This document shows, in pieces, positions 9,191-19,947 of a stretch of 19,947 bases of DNA. The DNA comes from Candidatus Eiseniibacteriota bacterium. GTDB taxonomy: Bacteria > ARS69. Under the pieces are notes generated by a model. It was given only the letters and a program-made list of their open reading frames with translations, was not told the DNA's origin and ran no database searches. The stretch's first letter is position 1. The number at the start of each line of letters is the position of its first letter. The stretch spans positions 1 through 19,947 of the forward strand of contig JBQTGV010000050.1 of assembly GCA_052390515.1 (NCBI GenBank), read 5' to 3'. The position numbers and the translations under genes are program-made.

Positions 9191-9196
9191 ATTATA
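9191..9196 (-). promoter_or_regulatory. Consensus sigma70 -10 hexamer upstream of the antitoxin-like gene
   Basis: Plus-strand ATTATA equals TATAAT on minus, 18 nt upstream of the ATG at 9172, and conspicuous in very GC-rich DNA. It overlaps the TAA stop of the upstream gene. No convincing -35 (TCCCAC at 17-bp spacing). Confidence 0.55.
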
Positions 9197-10610
9197 ACCG
9201 CGGCGTTCCCCCGGTGGGATCGAGCTCCGCCACTCGCATCGCCGCCCACTCGCGCTCCGCTTCCAGCCCCTGCGGCGTCACCTTCGGGAACCCGCGGTAG
9301 ACGCTGTCCGACGAGAGCGCCCGCCGCTCGTCGGCGAGGTGCTCAGCGTACGCTCGAACACCGTCTGCGTACATTCGCGCGGCCGGTAGCTCGAGCCCGC
9401 CGAGCCGATACAGCGCCGCGTGGTCCCGGTCCCGGAACTCGGTGAAGAGGAAGCGCTGCGAATTGCGGAAGCGCTCCACCGGAAGCCCGCGCGGCGCCGC
9501 CCAGTCGAGCCGGTACAGGTTGTCGCGGACGGCGAAGGTCCTCCACGCCGGCAGCACCATTGCCGCGACGAGCAGCGCGCAGGCGATGTTCGCCCCGCGC
9601 GGCACCGACGCCGCCACGCCAGCGGCCAGCGGCAGGAAACACAGCAGCGACAGATCCGCCCACCAGAACTCTCCCTTCGGGCTCGACGCCAGCGAGAAGA
9701 AGAGGAACGTCCCGAAGCCGAGCACCTGAAGCACGCGCGCGCGTCCGGAGCGCAGCACCACGAGGCTGGCGAGCGCGCCGGCGAGCACGAGACATCCCGG
9801 CAGCGTCGTCATCGCCGGATACTCGGAGATGGATGGCTCGACCTTGTGGAAGTAGAGCGGCCTGACGTAGAGCGCCATCGGCCCGAAGCTCCATGTGCCG
9901 GGACGAAGCTTCTCGAGTTGATAGGCGAAGCCGAGCTCGGCCTCGTCCGCGGCCAGCGCTGCCGCCGGCGCGCGCAGATTCCAGATCACGTCGGGCATCA
10001 CGCACACGAGGGCGACCGCCGCGGCGATCCACGGCCCCCGCGTCCTGAGCAGCGCCGCCCGCCCGCCGAGAGCGAACACGGCCACGGCGAGCGGCGGCAC
10101 CCACAGCGCGAGCGACTGCTTGGTCGCGAGCCCGAGCCCGAGGGCGAGACCGAGCGCGGCGAAGCGCGACGACGTCGGCTTCCGCGCCACCTCGTCCGCC
10201 AGCAGCAGCGTGAACGCCGCGAACGCGAGGTAGTTCTTCTCCGTGGCGAGGTGCGAGGCGCCGAGGTGGTACTCGTTCAGCGTGAGGAGCCACGCCGCCG
10301 TCACTCCGGCTACCGGCCCGGCCAGCCGCCGACCCACCTGCCACACGGCCCACACCGTCGCCGCGCCGAACAGGAGGGAGAGCAGCCGGTAGCCGAGGAG
10401 GTTCTTGCCGCAGACCAGCGTCCCCAACGTGCTCCACCACACCTGACCCGGCGGGTGCTGGTGTCCGTGCAGCAGATCGCCGCGGTCGGCGATGCGCATC
10501 CACCACAGCTCGTCGTACACCGGTGCCGCGGACACGGCGAGGACCGCCCGCGACGCGAGCGTCAGGAGAACGGCCGCGACGACGAGAGCGCGTTCAGATG
10601 CGCTGGGCAG
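9192..10610 (-). CDS. ArnT/PMT-like (GT39/GT83-type) GT-C membrane glycosyltransferase
   Basis: Motifs PVYDELWW, HQHPPG, YRLLSLLFG, LGLGLATKQS and PDVIWN with many TM helices. The ORF track starts at GTG 10535, but the open frame continues upstream through a hydrophobic helix (ALVVAAVLLTLASRAVLAV) to CTG 10610, preceded by GGAGG at 6-nt spacing. Confidence 0.78.
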   Translation of the reverse strand: MPSASERALVVAAVLLTLASRAVLAVSAAPVYDELWWMRIADRGDLLHGHQHPPGQVWWSTLGTLVCGKNLLGYRLLSLLFGAATVWAVWQVGRRLAGPVAGVTAAWLLTLNEYHLGASHLATEKNYLAFAAFTLLLADEVARKPTSSRFAALGLALGLGLATKQSLALWVPPLAVAVFALGGRAALLRTRGPWIAAAVALVCVMPDVIWNLRAPAAALAADEAELGFAYQLEKLRPGTWSFGPMALYVRPLYFHKVEPSISEYPAMTTLPGCLVLAGALASLVVLRSGRARVLQVLGFGTFLFFSLASSPKGEFWWADLSLLCFLPLAAGVAASVPRGANIACALLVAAMVLPAWRTFAVRDNLYRLDWAAPRGLPVERFRNSQRFLFTEFRDRDHAALYRLGGLELPAARMYADGVRAYAEHLADERRALSSDSVYRGFPKVTPQGLEAEREWAAMRVAELDPTGGTPRL

Positions 10611-11991
10611 CCTTCGCCTCCCGGATGGCGTCGAGCGCCGCTTCGACTCCGAGGATCTTCTCGCGCACGCGGCCCTTCGCCGCGCCGCGCTCCACCTCGA
10701 TGGCGTCGAGCAACTTCCAGTCGTCGAAGGTGACGAAGCGAACGCCGCGCTGCTCCAGCAGGCTCATCAAGTCGGGGCGATCGCCCGCGCCGTCGAGCGA
10801 CGGCAAGTCCTCCAGCATCTTGTCGACCGTGGACTGGGAATCGCCCTTGTTCGTACCGATCAGGCCGCTCGGTCCGCGCTTCGCCCATCCGACCACGTAC
10901 TCGCCGGGGAGCGGCGCGCCGTCCGAGCTCGTCACGCGTCCCTCGTCGTTGGGGATGATTCCCCACGCGTCGTGGAACGGCACGCCCGGGATCGGAACAC
11001 CGCGGTAGCCGATGGCGCGGACGACCATACCGACGTCGAGCACCTCGGTCTCGCCCGTACCCTTCGCGCGCATTCCCCCGCGGCCGTCCGGCTCGAGCTT
11101 GTTCTTCTCGATGCGCACACCGGTCACGCGTCCTTCGTCGCCGAGCAGCTCGACCGGCGAGGCCAGGAAGCGCAGCCGCACCTTGCGCGGATTCGTTCCC
11201 TCGCCTTCCCCGGCCTTGGCCGCCAGGTACTCGACGTTCTTGAGCTCGGGCGAGCCCTTCTCGAGCGTCGGATCCCCGCGGTCCACCTGCGCGGGATCGA
11301 CGACGAGATCCACCCCCGCGAGCTTCCCGACCTCCTCGATCTCCTTGGGCGTGAACGCCGCCTGGGACGCCCCGCGACGGCCGATCAGGTACACGTCGCG
11401 GATGCGGCTCGTGTGGCGCAGAGCGTCGAGCGCGTAGTCGGCGATGTCCGTCGGCGCGAGCTCCTCGAGCTTGCGCAGCAGCACGCGCACCACGTCCATG
11501 GCGACGTTACCGACGCCGAACACCGCGACCTTCTCCACCGCGAGATCCACCGCGAGGTCGCGATGATCGGGATGCCCGTTGTACCAGCCGACCAGCGCGG
11601 TGGACGAGAGGCCGTTGGCCAGGTCCTCGCCGGGCACGCCGAGCCGCTTGTCCGTCTCCGCACCGACGGCGTAAATGATCTGGTCGTAGTGCCGGCGAAG
11701 GTCGTCCACGGTCACGTCCTTGCCCAGCTCGACGTGGCCGAAGAAACGGAACTCCGGGCGGGCCGCGGTCTTCTCGTAGGTCTTGATGACCGCCTTCATT
11801 TTCTGGTGGTCCGGCGCCACCCCGTAACGAACGAGCCCGTAAGGGCAGGGCAAGCGGTCGATGACGTCCACCCGGACGGCGACCTCGGGCCGCCGGAAGA
11901 GGGCCTCCGCGGCATAGAAGCCCGACGGCCCGGACCCGACGATGACGACGCGGAGCGGCCGCCCCGGGGTCCCGATCTCGTTTCCCTGCAT
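10594..11991 (-). CDS. fprA: Ferredoxin--NADP+ reductase, FprA/adrenodoxin-reductase family, 465 aa
   Basis: ATG at 11991 with GGGAGG upstream. FAD motif VVIVGSGPSGFYAA, PYGLVRYGVAPDH, GWYNGHPD, NADPH motif GVGNVAMDV, GRRG...FTPKE, AIGYRG and GWAKRGPSGLIGTNK. Confidence 0.92.
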   Translation of the reverse strand: MQGNEIGTPGRPLRVVIVGSGPSGFYAAEALFRRPEVAVRVDVIDRLPCPYGLVRYGVAPDHQKMKAVIKTYEKTAARPEFRFFGHVELGKDVTVDDLRRHYDQIIYAVGAETDKRLGVPGEDLANGLSSTALVGWYNGHPDHRDLAVDLAVEKVAVFGVGNVAMDVVRVLLRKLEELAPTDIADYALDALRHTSRIRDVYLIGRRGASQAAFTPKEIEEVGKLAGVDLVVDPAQVDRGDPTLEKGSPELKNVEYLAAKAGEGEGTNPRKVRLRFLASPVELLGDEGRVTGVRIEKNKLEPDGRGGMRAKGTGETEVLDVGMVVRAIGYRGVPIPGVPFHDAWGIIPNDEGRVTSSDGAPLPGEYVVGWAKRGPSGLIGTNKGDSQSTVDKMLEDLPSLDGAGDRPDLMSLLEQRGVRFVTFDDWKLLDAIEVERGAAKGRVREKILGVEAALDAIREAKAAQRI

Positions 11992-12008
11992 GACCTGCCG
12001 CCCTCCCG

Positions 12009-12045
12009 TCGAAATCCCGACGTTCGCGTCGTAGATTACGGCGAA
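12009..12045. promoter_or_regulatory. Putative divergent promoter region for nifJ and fprA
   Basis: Plus strand: TCGAAA (12009-12014), 17 bp, TAGATT (12032-12037). Minus strand: TAATCT (12038-12033). Both -10-like hexamers sit inside an imperfect palindrome TTCGC-GT-CGTA-GAT-TACG-GCGAA (12023-12045). Confidence 0.4.
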
Positions 12046-12096
12046 GCCGCTCCCGGGTCGAGGCCCGACGGGCCCCCCGGTCGAAGGGAGGACGCC

Positions 12097-15774
<3,678 letters not shown>

Positions 15775-15782
15775 GAGGCGGT

Positions 15783-16781
15783 ATGGACCTCACCACGCAC
15801 TATCTCGGGCTCGAACTTCGCCACCCGTTCATGCCGGGCGCTTCGCCCATGGCCGACGATCTCGGCATGGTGCGGCGGCTGGAGGACGCGGGCGCTTCCG
15901 CCATCGTGCTGCGTTCTCTCTTCGAGGAGCAGATCATCGGGGAGCAGCTCGCTTCGCATCACTCCCTGGACCACCATGGTGACTCCTTCGCCGAGGCGAT
16001 GACCTACGCGCCGGATCCGGAGGAGTTCTCGCTCGGGCCGGAGGAGTACCTGGAGCAGGTACGGCGCATCAAGGAGGCGGTGCGGGTTCCGGTGATCGCG
16101 TCGTTGAACGGGACGACCGTCGGCGGCTGGCTGGAGTACGCGCAGCTCATCGAGGACGCCGGGGCGGACGCGCTGGAGCTGAACGTGTATCAGGTGGCGA
16201 CGGATCCTGCGCGGACCGCGGCGGACATCGAGTCCGACGTCCTGGAGATGGTGCGTTCCGTCGTCGGCGAGGTGGAGATCCCCGTGGCGGTGAAGCTCTC
16301 GCCGTTCCACACCGCGCTGACGAACTTCGCGCGGCAGCTCGACCGGGCGGGCGCGCGCGGGCTCGTGCTCTTCAACCGCTTCTACCAGCCGGACATCGAT
16401 CCCGAGGAGCTGGAGGTGGTGCCCGCGCTGCAGCTCTCCGACTCGCGGGAGCTGCTGCTGCGGCTGCGTTGGCTGGCCATCCTGTCGAACCGCGTCGTGG
16501 CGTCCCTGGCGGTGACCGGCGGCGTGCACACCGGGATCGACGCGGTGAAGGCCGTCATGGCCGGCGCGCACGCGGTGCAGATCGTGTCGGCGCTGCTGAT
16601 GCACGGGCCGAAGCAGCTCACCAGGATCCGGGATGACGTCGGGCGGTGGCTGGAGGAGCGGGAGTACGCGTCGCTCGCGCAGGCGCAGGGCAGCATGGGA
16701 TTGCTGCGCTGCCCGGATCCCAAGGGCTTCGAGCGCGGGAACTACATGCGGATCCTGCAGAGCTGGCGACGGTTCGTGTGA
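15783..16781 (+). CDS. Dihydroorotate dehydrogenase-like FMN flavoprotein, 332 aa
   Basis: ATG at 15783 after GGAGG, 8 bp after the nifJ stop. MDLTTHYLGLELRHPF, LRSLFEEQI, PVIASLNG, GADALELNVY, IPVAVKLSP, LFNRFYQPDID and TGGVHTGIDAVKAVMAGAHAVQIVSAL. Confidence 0.92.
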   Translation: MDLTTHYLGLELRHPFMPGASPMADDLGMVRRLEDAGASAIVLRSLFEEQIIGEQLASHHSLDHHGDSFAEAMTYAPDPEEFSLGPEEYLEQVRRIKEAVRVPVIASLNGTTVGGWLEYAQLIEDAGADALELNVYQVATDPARTAADIESDVLEMVRSVVGEVEIPVAVKLSPFHTALTNFARQLDRAGARGLVLFNRFYQPDIDPEELEVVPALQLSDSRELLLRLRWLAILSNRVVASLAVTGGVHTGIDAVKAVMAGAHAVQIVSALLMHGPKQLTRIRDDVGRWLEEREYASLAQAQGSMGLLRCPDPKGFERGNYMRILQSWRRFV

Positions 16782-16978
16782 GGTGGATTCGATGGGGAGT
16801 CGAGGTCCGATCGACAGGCAGAAGGTGCCCGAGATTCCGTTGTAGTCAAGTACGCAGTGTTGAAGCACGTCGCGGCCGATGGACCCGGGACTGGCGCGCG
16901 AACGCCGCGGCCCTCCCGCATGAGAGCGCACTTCCCGCCGCGCCATCACAGCGCGGTGCGGCGCCCCTCCTGCTCGGC

Positions 16979-18787
16979 TCACTCGCCCAACGCCTCCCAC
17001 TGCCCCCTCGCCACCGGGTCCGCCGGGTTCCAAGCCAACGCACGCGCCAGCTCGTCCCGCGCGCGCTCGACATCGCCCAGCCGCATGGCCGTCACGCCGG
17101 CATACGTCGCCATCTGCGCCGCATAGCCCCGCGCAGCGTCCGCCCACGCGCCACCTTCTCCCGGCGGCGGGAGATCCGGCCACGGCGCCGGAGCACCGAG
17201 CGCCGCCGCCCCCTCCGGCGGCTCGAGCCGGAAGAGCAAGCCGTCCGGCACGCGCACCCACGCCGTCCCGATGCCGGCCTCCACCTCCTGCGTCACGTAA
17301 GCGCCGCCGCGCTGCATGCCCTTCGCCAGAATGCCGTCGATCAGCGTCTCGAACGCCGCCTGGATCTCCGCCGCCTCGTACGGCTCGCCGCGCTCGAAGC
17401 GCAGCACGAGCCGGTGCAGCTCGTCGGCCTCCTGCTCCAGTCCCTCGAGCAGATCCGCGTGATGTCGGCGGAGGCTCGGCACCTTCCACGATCTCCGGAA
17501 GTGCTCCTGATCCAGCACCGCGAGATCCGGCCGCACTCCCTCCACGTGCTGCAGGTAGAGCGCCGGCGACATCAGCACGTCCCAGTGCCGGTTGAGCACG
17601 ACGGCGTTGGGCGCGGGCGTCTCCAGGAACGAACGCGCCATCGCCTCGATGGTCGCATCCCGCGAGCGGTCGGCTGCGCGCCATCCTCCCACCAACGGCA
17701 CGACCGGCAGCAGCACGACCGCGGGCAGCACGCGCCGCGCCGCCGTCCATTTCGCCAGGGGACGCCACGCCGCAGCCGCCTCCGCCACCCACGCAGTCCC
17801 CGTCCCGATCCACACCGCCGCCACGAGGAACGCGGGCAGGAAGTACGTGGCGATGTCGTGGATCGTGTACCCGAGCGGGTACGCTGCCGACAGCGCGAAC
17901 ATCGCCAAAGTGCCGCCGGCCAGCCCCGGCACGCGCCGCGCGCTCCACAGACCCGCCGCGGCCAGCGCGAGCAGCGGCCACGAGAAGCGCGCCATTCCGG
18001 CGCCGAGCTCGCGGAGGTTCGCCGTCACGCCCTCGCCCGACGAGAACATCCACACGCGGTACTGCGCTCCGCTCACGTGCCGCATGAACGACTCGAACGT
18101 GTCCGGCGATCCCCAGTCGAGCAGCGGCTCCTGTGCGGAGCGCACCGGCAGCACGAGGTAGAACGACGCGCCGAGGACGGCGAGCAGTGCCGCGCCGGCG
18201 ACGACCGCCGGCCGCAACTCCCGGCGCCGCCGCCACGCGCCGAGCGCCACCCCCGGCAGGAGCAGCGCCGACGTCAGGTGATTCGAGAGACACAGCCCCG
18301 CGAAATACCCCGCGCCGAGGAAGGCCGGCTCCCGCACCGGCCCACGTCCCCACAGTCCCGCGCGCACCACTGCGTGCAGCAGCGCGGCGTCCAGGAACAT
18401 CTGCAGCGCGTGCACCTCGGTGACGGTCGCCACCGACCAGAGAGTCCCGTGGAAGGCGAAGGCCGCCGCCCCCGTCACCGCCCCGACCTGCCGCCACCGC
18501 CCCAGCCTCTCCGGCAGCACGTCGGCGATCACCCGGCAGACCAGGAACGCCGCGCCCGCCGCCAACACCGCCGACAGCACGTTCACCCACGTGATGATCC
18601 GCATCGGTGCGGCCAGCACCCACGTCCGCCCGAGCACCGCGAAGAGCGGATACCCCGACGGGTGCGCGATGCCGAGCGTCGCCGCGACCGTGGCCAGCTC
18701 CCCGCTATCGATCTCGGTGATTCCCGGCGCGAGCGTCCGCAAGTAGACGCACAGCGCCACCACCGCCACCGCGAGCGCCGCCCTCAC
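16979..18787 (-). CDS. Second DUF2723/TMEM260-like GT-C glycosyltransferase with a short C-terminal TPR, 602 aa
   Basis: YLRTLAPGITEIDSGELATVAATLGIAHPSGYPLF, TEVHAL, GLCLSNH, YLVLPVRSAQEPLLDWG and YLQHVEGVRPDL; ends with a TPR-like GVTAMRLGDVERARDELARALAWNP. Confidence 0.88.
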   Translation of the reverse strand: MRAALAVAVVALCVYLRTLAPGITEIDSGELATVAATLGIAHPSGYPLFAVLGRTWVLAAPMRIITWVNVLSAVLAAGAAFLVCRVIADVLPERLGRWRQVGAVTGAAAFAFHGTLWSVATVTEVHALQMFLDAALLHAVVRAGLWGRGPVREPAFLGAGYFAGLCLSNHLTSALLLPGVALGAWRRRRELRPAVVAGAALLAVLGASFYLVLPVRSAQEPLLDWGSPDTFESFMRHVSGAQYRVWMFSSGEGVTANLRELGAGMARFSWPLLALAAAGLWSARRVPGLAGGTLAMFALSAAYPLGYTIHDIATYFLPAFLVAAVWIGTGTAWVAEAAAAWRPLAKWTAARRVLPAVVLLPVVPLVGGWRAADRSRDATIEAMARSFLETPAPNAVVLNRHWDVLMSPALYLQHVEGVRPDLAVLDQEHFRRSWKVPSLRRHHADLLEGLEQEADELHRLVLRFERGEPYEAAEIQAAFETLIDGILAKGMQRGGAYVTQEVEAGIGTAWVRVPDGLLFRLEPPEGAAALGAPAPWPDLPPPGEGGAWADAARGYAAQMATYAGVTAMRLGDVERARDELARALAWNPADPVARGQWEALGE

Positions 18788-18851
18788 GCCTTCGCCCTCA
18801 CGCCCTCGCCCTCACGCCGTCACCCCTTCGCCCTCACCCTTCGCCTTCACG
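18781..18851. repeat. 14-bp tandem repeat CCCTCACGCC(T/C/G)TC(G/A) x3 plus degenerate copies
   Basis: Units at 18781-18794, 18795-18808 and 18809-18822; degenerate copies at 18831-18843 and 18844-18851. The array fills the whole kinase/DUF2723 spacer. Confidence 0.85.
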
Positions 18852-19947
18852 TCTCCGCCGGGAAGACGAGCGTCACCGTGGTGCCGTTGCCGGGCCGGCT
18901 CTCGATGTCGATGGTCCCGCCGTAGTCCTGCATGATGGCCTTGCAGATCGGCAGCCCGAGTCCCGCGCCGCCCGTCTTCGTGGAGAAGCTCGGCTCGAAG
19001 ATCCGCGCCAGGTTCTCCGCGGTGATGCCGGTCCCGGTGTCCCGGATCACCACGTGCGCGCTGCCGTTGTCCCCCCAAGCTTTCACGCTGAGATTGCCGC
19101 CGTCCGGCATCGCCTGGATGGAGTTCTCGATCAAGTTGATGAACAGCCGCATCACCTCGTCCTTGTCGACTCGCGTGAAGATGCGCCCTTCCGGCGCCTC
19201 CAGCGTGAAGTCCACGCTGCGGTCGTCCAGCGCGTAGAGCTTCCGCGCCTCGCCGAGCAGCCGGCCCAGATCCTCGCGGCGGATCTTCCGCCCGGGCATG
19301 CGCGCGTAATCCGAGAATTCCATGGCGATGCGGCGCAGTGCCTCGCAGCGGTCCACGATCGTCTCCGTGGACTCCTCCAGGATCTCGCCGAACTTGGGAT
19401 GCTTGTCCTTCCAGGCCTGCAGCACCTGCTGGGCGGAGAGCTTCATCGGCGTCAGCGGATTCTTGATCTCGTGCGCCACCTGTCGCGCCATCTCCGCCCA
19501 CGCCTTGATCTTCTTGGAGCGGATCAGCTCGGTGAGATCCTCGAACACGACGACCGCGCCCTGCGGCTTGCCGGCCCGGTCCACGAGCGGCGTCCCCACG
19601 AGGCGAAGCGTGTGCAGCTGCTCGTCGGCGGAGCCTTCCGCCGGCGCCACCTCGATCTCGTCCACCACCTCGGTGCGCTTCCCCTCGAGCAGCGGCCGCG
19701 CCGAGCCCAGCACGGCGGTGAGCGCGTCACCGCCCGCCGGATCCGCCGTCATCCGCCCGACCAGGTCCTCCGGCGCGCGCCCCACGATGCGCGCCGCCGC
19801 GTCGTTCACCGTGGCGATGCGACCGGAGGCGTCGAAGCTGATCACTCCGGAGCCGACGTTGCGGATGATCGCCTCGATGTACTCGCGGCGCTCGCGGTCC
19901 CGCGCCTCGGATTCCGCGAGCCGCCGCGACATCGAGTTGAACGAGCG
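18847..19947 (-). CDS. NtrY-like sensor histidine kinase (end of HAMP, PAS, HisKA, HATPase_c); N-terminus beyond the right edge
   Basis: HAMP end SFNSMSRRL; PAS (SGVISFDASGRIATVNDAAARI...VFEDLTE); H-box WAEMARQVAHEIKNPLTPMKLSAQ; N-box NLIENSIQAM; G1 DTGTGI; F IFEPSFSTK; G2 GAGLGL. Confidence 0.92.
   Translation of the reverse strand, partial: RSFNSMSRRLAESEARDRERREYIEAIIRNVGSGVISFDASGRIATVNDAAARIVGRAPEDLVGRMTADPAGGDALTAVLGSARPLLEGKRTEVVDEIEVAPAEGSADEQLHTLRLVGTPLVDRAGKPQGAVVVFEDLTELIRSKKIKAWAEMARQVAHEIKNPLTPMKLSAQQVLQAWKDKHPKFGEILEESTETIVDRCEALRRIAMEFSDYARMPGRKIRREDLGRLLGEARKLYALDDRSVDFTLEAPEGRIFTRVDKDEVMRLFINLIENSIQAMPDGGNLSVKAWGDNGSAHVVIRDTGTGITAENLARIFEPSFSTKTGGAGLGLPICKAIMQDYGGTIDIESRPGNGTTVTLVFPAET

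Noticed and set aside
10492-12096. Apparent 535-aa N-terminal extension of PFOR (1760-aa ORF)
   Set aside because: It is the antisense of fprA; PFOR motifs begin right after the SD and GTG at 12097.
16782-16978. Possible terminator or sRNA in the convergent intergenic region (hairpin CCGCGC-N7-GCGCGG at 16938-16956)
   Set aside because: A 6-bp GC stem without a U-tract on either strand is expected by chance at this GC content; no recognisable RNA family.
18781-18851. CRISPR-like array
   Set aside because: Repeats are 14 bp, directly tandem with no unique spacers, and no cas genes are present.

Overview
Very GC-rich bacterial window with 12 supportable CDSs and no rRNA, tRNA, CRISPR array or transposase seen. 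A co-directional minus-strand run (11991 down to <1) encodes, in order: an FprA/adrenodoxin-reductase-type ferredoxin-NADP+ reductase; an ArnT/PMT-like GT-C glycosyltransferase (probable CTG start); a small-antitoxin/nucleotidyltransferase pair resembling MenA1-MenT1 with its own TATAAT box; a DUF4159 protein; a 1214-aa DUF4175-like membrane-anchored coiled-coil protein; a TMEM260-like (DUF2723) GT-C fused to TPRs; and a translationally coupled exported TPR protein. Divergent from the reductase are nifJ-type pyruvate:ferredoxin oxidoreductase and a dihydroorotate-dehydrogenase-like flavoprotein lacking the catalytic SCPN loop. At the right end, an NtrY-like histidine kinase precedes a second TMEM260-like gene. 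The most interesting observations are a candidate envelope protein O-glycosylation system (three GT-C genes with TPR/DUF4175/DUF4159 partners), the MenAT1-like module, and a 14-bp tandem repeat that forms an exact chain of GTGA stop/start-overlapping mini-ORFs linking the kinase to the glycosyltransferase. All family assignments come from motif recognition by eye; no database searches were run.
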